The position numbers were made by a program, and so were the translations under genes. A stretch of DNA of 32,000 bases from Vibrio tubiashii (GTDB lineage Bacteria; Pseudomonadota; Gammaproteobacteria; Enterobacterales; Vibrionaceae): the NCBI GenBank assembly GCA_000775715.1, contig JRWQ01000001.1, positions 510,225-542,224 of the forward strand, given 5' to 3'. The notes beneath the pieces are model-generated. The model made no database searches and was not told the DNA's origin. It saw only the letters and a program-made list of their open reading frames with translations. Below, in pieces: positions 7,869 to 16,681 of the stretch. Every line of letters starts with the position of its first letter. Positions within the stretch are counted from its first letter, which is position 1.

Positions 7869-9154
7869 TACTTCATCCCCACATCATCGCTAAACGAAGA
7901 CATCCGTCGGAACTGCCAGATCGCAATCACTGACAAAAACAAGAAAATAATTATCGAAATCACAGAGGCGATTTGGTACTGCTGGAAGTCGAGTGTGAGT
8001 TTGTAAATCCAGGTAATTAAGATGTCGGTATGCCCTGCAAATCGGTACTCAGGGTTGATCGGTCCGCCTTCGGTTAACAGGAAGATTGCGCCAAAGTTAT
8101 TGAAGTTATGGGCAAACGTCATCACCAGAGAAGGAGCGACCTGATGCAACACCATCGGTAGGGTGATTTCCCTGAACTGCTGGAACTTGTTGGCGCCATC
8201 GACCTCACTAGCCTCATAAAGATCTTGAGGTATGTTGGTTAAGGCTCCTGAAATAAGCAGCATGAAGTAGGGAGCACCGACCCAGACGCTGACCGCTATC
8301 ACCGTGACTTTCGCCATCCATGGATCGGAGAGAAAAGCAACGGAATCAAAGCCCCAGCTATTCAGGGTTGCATTGACCGGACCGACACCATTTAATAGCA
8401 GTCGGAACATCAGCAGAGTAACGAAAGCAGGAATCGCATAAGGTAAAATAAAAACGAAACGCCACGCTTTTTTCGCTTTGATGTTCTTGTTGGACAACGC
8501 CAGTGCCAGCACAAAACCAAAACCACAGGTACATATAGTCGCCAGAATCGCCCACATCACTGTCCAGGTTGCTACGCCAACAAAGGTATTCGACCAAATT
8601 CGCAGTTCAAACAGGGCGATAAAGTTCTTAAACCCGACCCAGTCAACCAAGTTCCTTGGCGGAATATGATGAGGCGCTGAGTAGTTGGTAAATGAGACCA
8701 GTACGGTGATGACAATCGGCATAATGATAAAGGCGATACTGGTTAACATTGCTGGAGAAAGCACCAGAAAAGCAAACTGTCGGTCATATATCGCTTTGAT
8801 CTGCTCGGACGCTGACATCTGACACGGCTGGCAGGATTTGGCATCATTGATGTTAAGTGCATAAAGGCACAGAAAAACAAACACCGCGATCAGAGCAATC
8901 ACACCTTCAACCAACAGGAAGACAGAGTGATCGCCCTGAATGATGGTGAAGCCTTCGCGTGTCTGAGCCACATCGCCAAGAGTAATGAGCTGCTTTAACG
9001 CCAGGCTAAGCTCTGGAATGCTAAAGATAAAAAGTAGCTGAATGAGCAACCAGACCAAGCCTTTTACCCAATGGCCCTGACGCATTTGCGTCAGGCCCAT
9101 GATAAGAACTGAAGCGTTGATCATTGGTTGCATTCGAGTTTGAGACAACAACAT
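7868..9154 (-). CDS. Maltodextrin ABC transporter permease, MalF-like
   Basis: 428 aa, multi-TM, with the EAA loop YEASEVDGANKFQQFREITLP. SD AGGAG sits inside the 3' end of the SBP gene. Confidence 0.85.
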   Translation of the reverse strand: MLLSQTRMQPMINASVLIMGLTQMRQGHWVKGLVWLLIQLLFIFSIPELSLALKQLITLGDVAQTREGFTIIQGDHSVFLLVEGVIALIAVFVFLCLYALNINDAKSCQPCQMSASEQIKAIYDRQFAFLVLSPAMLTSIAFIIMPIVITVLVSFTNYSAPHHIPPRNLVDWVGFKNFIALFELRIWSNTFVGVATWTVMWAILATICTCGFGFVLALALSNKNIKAKKAWRFVFILPYAIPAFVTLLMFRLLLNGVGPVNATLNSWGFDSVAFLSDPWMAKVTVIAVSVWVGAPYFMLLISGALTNIPQDLYEASEVDGANKFQQFREITLPMVLHQVAPSLVMTFAHNFNNFGAIFLLTEGGPINPEYRFAGHTDILITWIYKLTLDFQQYQIASVISIIIFLFLSVIAIWQFRRMSSFSDDVGMK

Positions 9155-9157
9155 CTC

Positions 9158-10384
9158 TTACTCCTGTAAACTGATCTGTTCTTTGATCACTGACTCAGCA
9201 CGCTTTAACACCTTCTCTGGTGACTTGTCATTGACCCATAATGAAGTCATGGCACTTGCCATTGGTGACCACAAGTAACCCATTTCAGGAATTGACGGCA
9301 TAGCATCGGCGAAGTAACCCTGACCAATGATCGCATAAGTCGCTTCATCAGCATCGACGATTATCTCCTCCATAACAGCCTGAACTGGCGGAATCGATTT
9401 CGTCATCTCGTAGCGTTTTTTAAGCATCTTGTCGCTACTTAGGTAGCTGGCAAACAGTTGAGCGGCTTTAGGGTAGTTGGTGAAAGAAGAAACGACCGCC
9501 AGACGAACTGTTGAGAAAGTTCGCGGTTGCTTGCCATCCAGAGTGGGAATTGGAATGACGCCATAGTTCACTCCAGAAGCCTCGTAGCCCTGAATTGCCC
9601 ACGGGCCATCGATGATTGCTGCAACCTTACCTTCACTGAACAAACCTCGTCTTACCTGAGGGTTACGCATATCCATTGGGTTAGCACTGTTTGCAGCCTG
9701 TAGCTTTTTCATCGCTTGTAAGCCTTGCTGTGCTTGCTCCGAGGCGATGCCGATATCTTGGGCATTGGTGCCGTTATCGCCAAATTCGTAAGCTCCATAT
9801 AGGGTCAGGAACATGCGTGATTCATAGTAATTCTGCACGTCCCAAAGCAGAGCATATTTGTGTTCTTTGTTGTCATTAAATGACTTAGAGAACTCAATGA
9901 TCTGTTCAAAAGACTCGGGAGCCTGTGGAAGAAGATCCTTGTTGTAGAACAGAGCGGTTGTGGCAAAACTTACCGGGAAGCCGTAGCTTTTCCCCTCAGA
10001 ATTTGCTGCGTTGACAGCACTTTGTAAGAAGTGAGCGTTGATGTGATCAGCAGAGACCAGATTTTCCATCGCACCACCAGCTACGACTAAGCGACCAAGC
10101 AGGTCATGCTCAATTTCAGCCACATCAGCGACTCGAGCTGAGCCTCCATCCTGGATTAATCGTGAAGCGGCATCAATCGGTGCCAGTCCACGGAAAGTGA
10201 ACGCCACCTCATAACCCGAATCCTGATTGAACTGGTTGGCGGCGTACTTCATATAATCGACGGTTGTGTGATCGGTCCAGACTAACAGATTTGCACCTGG
10301 TTCCGGTTCAATCGGCTGTGCCATGGCAGTGGCGCTAACAAGAGTGGTGAGCAGTATTTGACTGGTCAATAACTTGGTTTTCAT
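9158..10384 (-). CDS. Periplasmic maltodextrin/cyclodextrin-binding protein (MalE family)
   Basis: The signal peptide MKTKLLTSQILLTTLVSATAMA|QP is followed by LLVWTDHTT..., a MalE-like start. I use ATG 10384 rather than the track TTG at 10396. It is the first gene of the minus-strand operon. Confidence 0.85.
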   Translation of the reverse strand: MKTKLLTSQILLTTLVSATAMAQPIEPEPGANLLVWTDHTTVDYMKYAANQFNQDSGYEVAFTFRGLAPIDAASRLIQDGGSARVADVAEIEHDLLGRLVVAGGAMENLVSADHINAHFLQSAVNAANSEGKSYGFPVSFATTALFYNKDLLPQAPESFEQIIEFSKSFNDNKEHKYALLWDVQNYYESRMFLTLYGAYEFGDNGTNAQDIGIASEQAQQGLQAMKKLQAANSANPMDMRNPQVRRGLFSEGKVAAIIDGPWAIQGYEASGVNYGVIPIPTLDGKQPRTFSTVRLAVVSSFTNYPKAAQLFASYLSSDKMLKKRYEMTKSIPPVQAVMEEIIVDADEATYAIIGQGYFADAMPSIPEMGYLWSPMASAMTSLWVNDKSPEKVLKRAESVIKEQISLQE

Positions 10385-10393
10385 TGCTGCATC

Positions 10394-10426
10394 CAATTTA
10401 GTAGTTCACGATATACTACTAAATTG
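10394..10426. promoter_or_regulatory. Perfect 12-bp inverted repeat CAATTTAGTAGT-N9-ACTACTAAATTG (candidate operator or 5'-UTR hairpin)
   Basis: Read directly from the sequence. Arms are 10394-10405 and 10415-10426. It ends 9 nt upstream of the SBP start codon. A related ACTACTACTTTTAAAT occurs at 10712-10727, near the porin gene. Confidence 0.5.
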
Positions 10427-10474
10427 AGGCGAATGGAGATTTTAGTCAATTGAAAACTGCTTAAAATAGCGTCT

Positions 10475-10496
10475 AAATGTGATCTAAATCGACTAA
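10475..10496. promoter_or_regulatory. Candidate CRP site AAATGTGATCTAAATCGACTAA
   Basis: The left 12 nt are identical to the CRP consensus AAATGTGATCTA. The right half is weak (TCGAC versus TCACA). It lies in the divergent promoter region of the two sugar operons. Confidence 0.35.
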
Positions 10497-10617
10497 ATTG
10501 CTTATCTCACAACGAATTAAAGCCGGTTTCGGCTTGCTTACATTCTTATTGTTAGTTTTATTTTTAATGGCTATTAACTCGAATCAATCGCTGTTTTTAG
10601 TGACGCTCTTCAAATTA

Positions 10618-10635
10618 TCACCCGAATTCGAGTGA
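10618..10635. promoter_or_regulatory. Near-perfect 18-bp palindrome TCACCCGAATTCGAGTGA
   Basis: 16 of 18 positions are symmetric. It is preceded by TA, giving TATCAC, and lies about 140 bp upstream of the porin start. Confidence 0.4.
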
Positions 10636-10774
10636 CCAAGATCTCATTTAAATCCCATTCAGCGAGCAAATAATATTCAGATACAGAACAATGACTAGGC
10701 GTTCAGGCTGAACTACTACTTTTAAATCCGATTAATATCAATAGAATCCACCTCTATGAGGTTAAGGAAACACT

Positions 10775-11812
10775 GTGAACAGGACTGTACTCTCGCTCAG
10801 TATTGCTTGCGCTCTGAGCTCTGCACCTGCTGCTTTTGCTGCGGAAAAAGGACCGGCTCCCCAACAAATGGGCGGTAATATTCTGACTCAAGCCTTAGAT
10901 TTTGGCGGCCACGTTGGAACGTCGATTGAAATTGAAGACAAAGATATTACCAACTACAAAACCTGGGGTGGGCAAACAGAAAATGAACGCACTACCACCC
11001 ATGAAGTGATTGGACTGTTTTATAAAAACGCCCACTGGAACTTCTCGTCTTTGTACGCTTTTAAGTTGACTGACCGTGTTAAACGCAGTCAGGATCGCTC
11101 GTACACGGAAACGGAAGATGGCTATAAGCACCTGATTTCAATTGATAAAAAGTTCTCATTACCGAACGGTTTTGAAACTGGCGTTATCTATGACCTTGAA
11201 TACTCACTAGGTACTATTGCTACCACTGCTGGCGTGAGCAACCTGCGTACTACCAATGCAGAACACAGCATTCGCCCTTATCTCAACTTTTACAGCAATG
11301 AGTACGATGCAGGCTTCCAATCCAACCTTGAATACCTCTACAACGACGAAGATAAATCGGCGTGGGGCACTCGAGTTGAAGAAGGTTACTCGGTGTTAGT
11401 TAAGCCCTATAAACGTTTTGGTAACTGGGAGCTGGGTGTAGAGTTCTACTACCAGATTAAAGACAACAAAGCGCATAACAGTGATGGCTCAATTAACGAA
11501 ATTAGTGACTTTACTGAAAAGTATGTTGAGCCAATCGTACAGTACAGCTTTGAAGATGCTGGTACCTTATACGTTCGTGCCCGTTACGGTGAAAACGAAA
11601 CCAAACATACACAAGGTTGGGCTGCAGGAGAGCAGTACTTCAAAGATATTCGTAAAGCCACTATGGGTTACGAACAGTCTGTCGGTGATAACTGGTTGCT
11701 GAAAGGTGAGTACGAGTGGGCCAAAGATACTGAAACCTTCACTCAGCTTGCTGGAGAGGAGAAGGTCGTTGAGCAGAACACCTTCTTGCTCCAGGCTATT
11801 TACCGTCTGTAA
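10775..11812 (+). CDS. Outer-membrane beta-barrel porin, CymA-like by size and context (cyclodextrin/maltooligosaccharide channel)
   Basis: GTG start with SD AAGGA. Signal peptide MNRTVLSLSIACALSSAPAAFA|AEK. The mature protein is ~323 aa, rich in alternating aromatic/polar beta-strand patterns (YEWAKD, FLLQAIYRL at the C-terminus). It is the first gene of the plus-strand sugar operon. Confidence 0.55.
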   Translation: MNRTVLSLSIACALSSAPAAFAAEKGPAPQQMGGNILTQALDFGGHVGTSIEIEDKDITNYKTWGGQTENERTTTHEVIGLFYKNAHWNFSSLYAFKLTDRVKRSQDRSYTETEDGYKHLISIDKKFSLPNGFETGVIYDLEYSLGTIATTAGVSNLRTTNAEHSIRPYLNFYSNEYDAGFQSNLEYLYNDEDKSAWGTRVEEGYSVLVKPYKRFGNWELGVEFYYQIKDNKAHNSDGSINEISDFTEKYVEPIVQYSFEDAGTLYVRARYGENETKHTQGWAAGEQYFKDIRKATMGYEQSVGDNWLLKGEYEWAKDTETFTQLAGEEKVVEQNTFLLQAIYRL

Positions 11813-11840
11813 AAATCGTTTATTTGCTTAAGGAAATCCT

Positions 11841-12866
11841 ATGATCACAGTTTCAGAAATTGCCCAGTTAGTTGGCGGCCAGATAGATGGTGACCCGAGT
11901 TTAACTGTGGATACGATTGTGCCGCTGTATAGCCCTGATGAAGGGGGATTAGCTATCGTATTTTCTAAATCTGATCTCAAAATGATCGAAAGTTCAAAAG
12001 CGGATGTGATCATAGGACCTGATAGCATTTTAACCAGCAACGCCAGATGTAAGATAGTGATTGAGTCGCTTAAAGCGCAAACACTGAATGCCCTACTACG
12101 TTATTACAAAGTACATAAGTATCAACTGTTTGAGCAGGGTAATACCTCAGACAATCCCGATGTCTATATCGGCAAGCACTGCACTATTGGCAACAACTGC
12201 CACTTTATGCCTGGCGTAAAAATCATGAATGGTGTGACCATTGGCGACAATGTTGCAATTCATGCCAATACGGTGATTAAAGAGGGCACGGTGATTGGCA
12301 ATAACGTTACTATCGACTCCAACAACGCCATCGGTAATTTCAGCTTCGAATATATGAATGGCCAACATGGCGAGTTCGAACGAGTGGAAAGTGTCGGACG
12401 AGTTATCATCGAGGACGATGTTGAGATCGGCTGTAACAACACTATAGACCGTGGCACTCTGGGAAATACCGTGATTGGCAAAGGGACTAAGATAGATAAC
12501 CTAGTCCAGATTGGTCATGACTGTAAAGTGGGCCAACATTGTCTGCTGGTTTCTCAGGTAGGCTTAGCCGGACACACCGTTCTTGGCCAACATGTCATTG
12601 TTCACGGACAGGCTGGCACCGCTGGCCATATCACTATCGGTGACCACTCAGTCATCAAAGCTAAATCAGGCGTCAGCCAGTCATTTCCTGCTCATAGCGA
12701 CCTATTTGGTTACCCAGCCAAAGATGCTCGTGCTTATTACAAAAACCTGGCGGTGCTTAACAAGCTTACCCGCCAGTTTGATAGCAAAAAACACTCTAAA
12801 ACTACGCAAAAATCTGACCAGCCTAGCCACTGGCTTAAACGCTTATTCACTGGCTGTAAGGCCTAA
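11841..12866 (+). CDS. LpxD-like hexapeptide-repeat (left-handed beta-helix) acyltransferase paralog
   Basis: The N-terminus [29 protein letters not shown]... resembles the LpxD uridine-binding domain. Long LbH repeats follow. [46 protein letters not shown] is colinear with the E. coli LpxD catalytic-His region, as I remember it. Confidence 0.7.
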   Translation: MITVSEIAQLVGGQIDGDPSLTVDTIVPLYSPDEGGLAIVFSKSDLKMIESSKADVIIGPDSILTSNARCKIVIESLKAQTLNALLRYYKVHKYQLFEQGNTSDNPDVYIGKHCTIGNNCHFMPGVKIMNGVTIGDNVAIHANTVIKEGTVIGNNVTIDSNNAIGNFSFEYMNGQHGEFERVESVGRVIIEDDVEIGCNNTIDRGTLGNTVIGKGTKIDNLVQIGHDCKVGQHCLLVSQVGLAGHTVLGQHVIVHGQAGTAGHITIGDHSVIKAKSGVSQSFPAHSDLFGYPAKDARAYYKNLAVLNKLTRQFDSKKHSKTTQKSDQPSHWLKRLFTGCKA

Positions 12867-12884
12867 TTCAATCGTTAAGGATTT

Positions 12885-13370
12885 ATGATGAAAAAAGTCA
12901 TTCTACCTCTATTACTCAGTGCTCTTGCTGCTGGCTGTTCCAGCACCAGTGAAAATACCAACCAAGTTATCCCGACCAATGCGGATAGTCTGCTGGCGAA
13001 ATGTGATTTGCCAACGGTTGAGGATCGCGGTCCGATTCGTCCGTCACTGTTTGTCGTCGGAACCTTTGATGAAGGTCAGTGGATTCACCTGGAAGACCGC
13101 GAAATGAGCCATAAGGGCGATGGCATCTATCAGGTTGTTCATCAAGAGAAAGCCGGTGTGGTTAATGTCCAGTTTGCAACTATGAACTGGAACCCGCAAT
13201 TCACAGTGTCGGGACGCAAAATGGGCGTCAATCAGGAAATCGCTCTGAAGCGCGGTGGTTTTGCTAAAAACACCCGAGTCGAAATCCCTGCTGATGGCGA
13301 GTATGTCTGGTCAATTCAGATTGGCGAAGATAAAAAGCCAATTCGCGCCATGATTGCCACTTGTCAGTAA
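12885..13370 (+). CDS. Small lipoprotein, possible carbohydrate-binding beta-sandwich
   Basis: Lipobox LSALAAG|C after MMKKVILPLL. The mature ~140 aa contain FVVGTFDEGQWIHLEDREMSHKGDGIYQVV...VQFATMNWNPQF, a CBM-like aromatic pattern (inference). Confidence 0.5.
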   Translation: MMKKVILPLLLSALAAGCSSTSENTNQVIPTNADSLLAKCDLPTVEDRGPIRPSLFVVGTFDEGQWIHLEDREMSHKGDGIYQVVHQEKAGVVNVQFATMNWNPQFTVSGRKMGVNQEIALKRGGFAKNTRVEIPADGEYVWSIQIGEDKKPIRAMIATCQ

Positions 13371-13376
13371 TACCGT

Positions 13377-13399
13377 GCCGCCAGAGTTATTCTGGCGGC
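13377..13399 (+). other. Intercistronic hairpin GCCGCCAG-N7-CTGGCGGC
   Basis: Perfect 8-bp GC-rich stem between the lipoprotein and ATPase genes, with no U-tract after it. Confidence 0.4.
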
Positions 13400-13472
13400 G
13401 TTAAGTTCATAGCTTAATGCACAAAGGTTGTGTCGTAAGTTATGAGTTTATAAAGCTTTATTTGGAGTACCC

Positions 13473-14612
13473 ATGGCAACAGTTAGCCTAAAACAAGTAG
13501 AAAAACAGTATGACAACGGCTTCAAGGCGGTACAAGGGATTGATCTCGAGATTAATGAAGGCGAATTCATGGTGTTTGTCGGCCCATCAGGCTGCGCTAA
13601 ATCGACCACACTAAGAATGATTGCTGGTCTTGAATCGATTTCATCTGGTGATGTTCATATTGGTGATCGCAGAGTCAACGATTTACCACCGAAAGATCGC
13701 GGAATCGCGATGGTGTTTCAAAACTACGCTCTTTACCCGCACAAGACAGTTTTCGACAACATGGCTTTCGGTCTAAAGATGGCGAAGAAACCCAAAGATG
13801 AAATTAAGAGAAGGGTTGAAGAAGCGGCAGAGAAATTAGAAATCACTGATCTCCTCTACCGTAAACCAAAAGAGATGTCTGGTGGTCAGCGTCAGCGTGT
13901 GGCGGTTGGTCGCGCTATTGTTCGTAAACCGGATGTATTTCTGTTCGATGAGCCACTATCGAATCTGGATGCCAAGCTGCGTGTCTCTATGCGGGTGAAA
14001 ATCGCCCAACTTCATCAGTCTCTTAAGGATGAAGGCAATCCGGCAACCATGATTTATGTTACCCACGATCAGACTGAAGCTTTGACGCTCGGTGACCGTA
14101 TCTGTGTTCTGAATCAGGGCAAGATCATGCAAGTTGATACGCCAGCGAACCTTTACAACTACCCAGCTAATCGTTTCGTTGCTAGCTTTATCGGCTCTCC
14201 GGCAATGAACCTAGTCGATACAGCGCTGCGTCGTGATGGTGAGAATCTTATCGTCGAAATTGCTCCGTCTGCCCGCATTCTGATCCCGAAAGCAATGCAA
14301 GCGGAGCTTGAGCAGTACGTCGACAACCCAGTCTGCTTTGGTATCCGTCCGGAGCATATCTCACTGGCACAAGAGGGTGAAACATTGAATACCTTCGAAG
14401 GCAAGCTGTCAGTCGTTGAAAATCTGGGGAACGAAAAATACCTCTATTTCACTGTTGGTGGCAAAGAGCTGATTGCCCGAGTGCAAGATCAGTCGATCAC
14501 GACAGCAGATATTGGTCGAACTTTCCGTTTCAACCTCAATACTGAATTCTGCCATATCTTCGATTTTTACAATGAAAACAACCTAATTCACAGTCGACCC
14601 TACTCGGCTTAG
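13473..14612 (+). CDS. Sugar ABC transporter ATPase, MalK/CymD/MsmX type
   Basis: Walker A GPSGCAKST, signature LSGGQRQRV and Walker B VFLFDEPLSNLD, plus a C-terminal MalK-type regulatory domain. Colinear with E. coli MalK as I remember it. Confidence 0.9.
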   Translation: MATVSLKQVEKQYDNGFKAVQGIDLEINEGEFMVFVGPSGCAKSTTLRMIAGLESISSGDVHIGDRRVNDLPPKDRGIAMVFQNYALYPHKTVFDNMAFGLKMAKKPKDEIKRRVEEAAEKLEITDLLYRKPKEMSGGQRQRVAVGRAIVRKPDVFLFDEPLSNLDAKLRVSMRVKIAQLHQSLKDEGNPATMIYVTHDQTEALTLGDRICVLNQGKIMQVDTPANLYNYPANRFVASFIGSPAMNLVDTALRRDGENLIVEIAPSARILIPKAMQAELEQYVDNPVCFGIRPEHISLAQEGETLNTFEGKLSVVENLGNEKYLYFTVGGKELIARVQDQSITTADIGRTFRFNLNTEFCHIFDFYNENNLIHSRPYSA

Positions 14613-14638
14613 TTAATGACAATAACGGGGAACCTCTA

Positions 14639-16603
14639 ATGATAAAACGGACACTGATTTGCAGCGCTCTGCTTGCGACAATGGCCATCGGAGGCGGATT
14701 TTCTGCACCAGCAATAAGTGCAGAAACCGCGGCTGACAGTAGCTACGATTTCAGGCAGGAGACTATCTATTTCGTCTTCTTAGATCGATTTAGTGATGGC
14801 GATGCGACAAACAACAGTGGCAATAACCCGTTGACGTACGACCCTAACAACCTCAAAAAGTATGTGGGTGGTGACATTAGAGGTTTGATCAACAAGCTGC
14901 CGTATCTCAAATCTCTCGGTATCACGGCGATATGGATTACTCCGCCGGTAGATAATGCCGACAACCTTGATGTTAATGGTGGGGCTGGTTACCACGGCTA
15001 CTGGGGTAAAGACTTCTTCCGCGTTGATGAGCACTTAGGCACCATGGACGACTTTAAAGAGTTGAGCCAGTTGATGCACAGCCCTGAATACAACATGAAG
15101 CTAGTACTGGATTATGCGCCAAACCACTCGAATGGTAACGATGAAAATGAGTACGGCGCCCTGTACCGTGACGGCCAGTACATTACTGATTACACCACTG
15201 ACGTTGCTGCTGGCACCAACTGGTATCACCACAATGGCGGTGTAACCGACTGGAATAACTGGTATCAGGTTCGTAACCACAATCTATTTAACCTTTCTGA
15301 CTTCAACCAGTCTAATGCTCAGGTTTACAACTACCTGTTGGATGGCGCTAAATTCTGGATTGATGCAGGTGTTGATGCCATTCGTATTGATGCGATTAAG
15401 CACATGGATAAAGCGTTTATCCAGCAATGGACAGGTGACATCTACAACTACGCATCGACTATTGGCCGCGATGGGTTTTACTTCTTCGGCGAGTGGTTTG
15501 GTGCCAGCGCAACGACAACCATAGGTATTGATGGTTATGCGATCGATTATGCCAATACTTCAGGTTCGGCACTGCTCGATTTTGGCTTCCGTGACACCTT
15601 AGAACGTGTGCTAGTTGGTCGCAGAGGCAACACCATGCAGACGTTAAACAGCTATCTGGAAACTCGCAGCAATGTGTTCACCAGCGATGACTGGCAGGTG
15701 GTATTTATGGACAACCATGATATGGCTCGTATCTCGACCGCGCTGCGTTCGACAGCCAGCACGTTCGGCCCAGGTAACAATGAAGAAGGGGGCGGCCTGT
15801 CAGAAGCGTTTGCCAAAAAACGCGTCGACCTGGGCTTGGTTGCGACTATGACGGTGCGTGGTATACCAGCCATCTACTACGGCACGGAACATTACAGCGC
15901 AAACTTCTCGACCAATGCGTTTGGTCAGGTTGGTAGCGATCCATACAACCGCGAAGTCATGCCAAGCTTCGCTCAGGACAGTGAAGCATTTAAGATCATT
16001 CAAGCTTTGACTGAGTTGAGAAAAACCAGTCCTGCGATTCAGCAAGGTAGCTACAGTCAGAAGTGGCTCAACGACGACATTCTGGTTTACGAACGTAAGT
16101 TTGAAGATGACGTTGTGCTAGTGGCTCTAAACCGAGGTGCTGCAACCTCAATTAATGTCTCTGCATTGTCTCTGGCGGACAACTACTACACCAGCCTGGT
16201 TGGTAGCGATGGTGTGACGGTATCTCAGTCTTCTGCGACGCTGAACCTTGACCAGAATGAAGCGATTGTCCTGCATGGCAAGACAACCAGTGGTGGCGGT
16301 AACACAGATCTTATCGACGTGACTTTCACTTGCAGTAACGGTTACACCCAGTGGGGACAAAACGTTTATGCAGTTGGCAGTGCTAGCCAGTTGGGTAGTT
16401 GGGCGCCAGCGCAAGCAGTGAAACTGGATCCAGCCGTTTACCCAACATGGCAAGCAACCATTCAGGTTCCAAGTGGCGAGTCCTTAGAATGGAAATGTCT
16501 GAAGCGTTCAGAAAGTGATAGCAGTGCGCTGATTGAGTGGCAATCGGGTGGCAACAATACGGTGAATACCAGCACACAAACTCAAACCAGCGGCGCATTT
16601 TAA
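14639..16603 (+). CDS. Secreted GH13 enzyme with C-terminal CBM20; best fit is cyclomaltodextrin glucanotransferase (CGTase, GH13_2-like)
   Basis: Has a signal peptide (...APAISA|ETAA). DRFSDGD, GYHGYWGKDFF, DYAPNH, AIRIDAIKHM, FFFGEWF and FMDNHDM are colinear with CGTase regions. NLFNLSDFN aligns to NLYDLADLN, with an aromatic residue at the central cyclisation position. The C-terminus WGQNVYAVGSASQLGSWAPAQAVKL...WQATIQVPSGESLEWKCLKR is a CBM20 starch-binding module. Confidence 0.7.
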   Translation: MIKRTLICSALLATMAIGGGFSAPAISAETAADSSYDFRQETIYFVFLDRFSDGDATNNSGNNPLTYDPNNLKKYVGGDIRGLINKLPYLKSLGITAIWITPPVDNADNLDVNGGAGYHGYWGKDFFRVDEHLGTMDDFKELSQLMHSPEYNMKLVLDYAPNHSNGNDENEYGALYRDGQYITDYTTDVAAGTNWYHHNGGVTDWNNWYQVRNHNLFNLSDFNQSNAQVYNYLLDGAKFWIDAGVDAIRIDAIKHMDKAFIQQWTGDIYNYASTIGRDGFYFFGEWFGASATTTIGIDGYAIDYANTSGSALLDFGFRDTLERVLVGRRGNTMQTLNSYLETRSNVFTSDDWQVVFMDNHDMARISTALRSTASTFGPGNNEEGGGLSEAFAKKRVDLGLVATMTVRGIPAIYYGTEHYSANFSTNAFGQVGSDPYNREVMPSFAQDSEAFKIIQALTELRKTSPAIQQGSYSQKWLNDDILVYERKFEDDVVLVALNRGAATSINVSALSLADNYYTSLVGSDGVTVSQSSATLNLDQNEAIVLHGKTTSGGGNTDLIDVTFTCSNGYTQWGQNVYAVGSASQLGSWAPAQAVKLDPAVYPTWQATIQVPSGESLEWKCLKRSESDSSALIEWQSGGNNTVNTSTQTQTSGAF

Positions 16604-16681
16604 TTCATTGTTAACCAGTCTCGCTTCTAGGGACTCTATACCCAGCTAGGGGTATTTCAGGTAGCGACACGCTGCCACTTT

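Noticed and set aside
10386-10440. MalT boxes (GGATGC at 10388-10393 on the minus strand, GGAGAT at 10434-10439)
   Set aside because: These are only partial hexamer resemblances to GGGGA(T/G)GAGG. They lack the direct-repeat arrangement of real MalT sites, and no malT gene is in the window.
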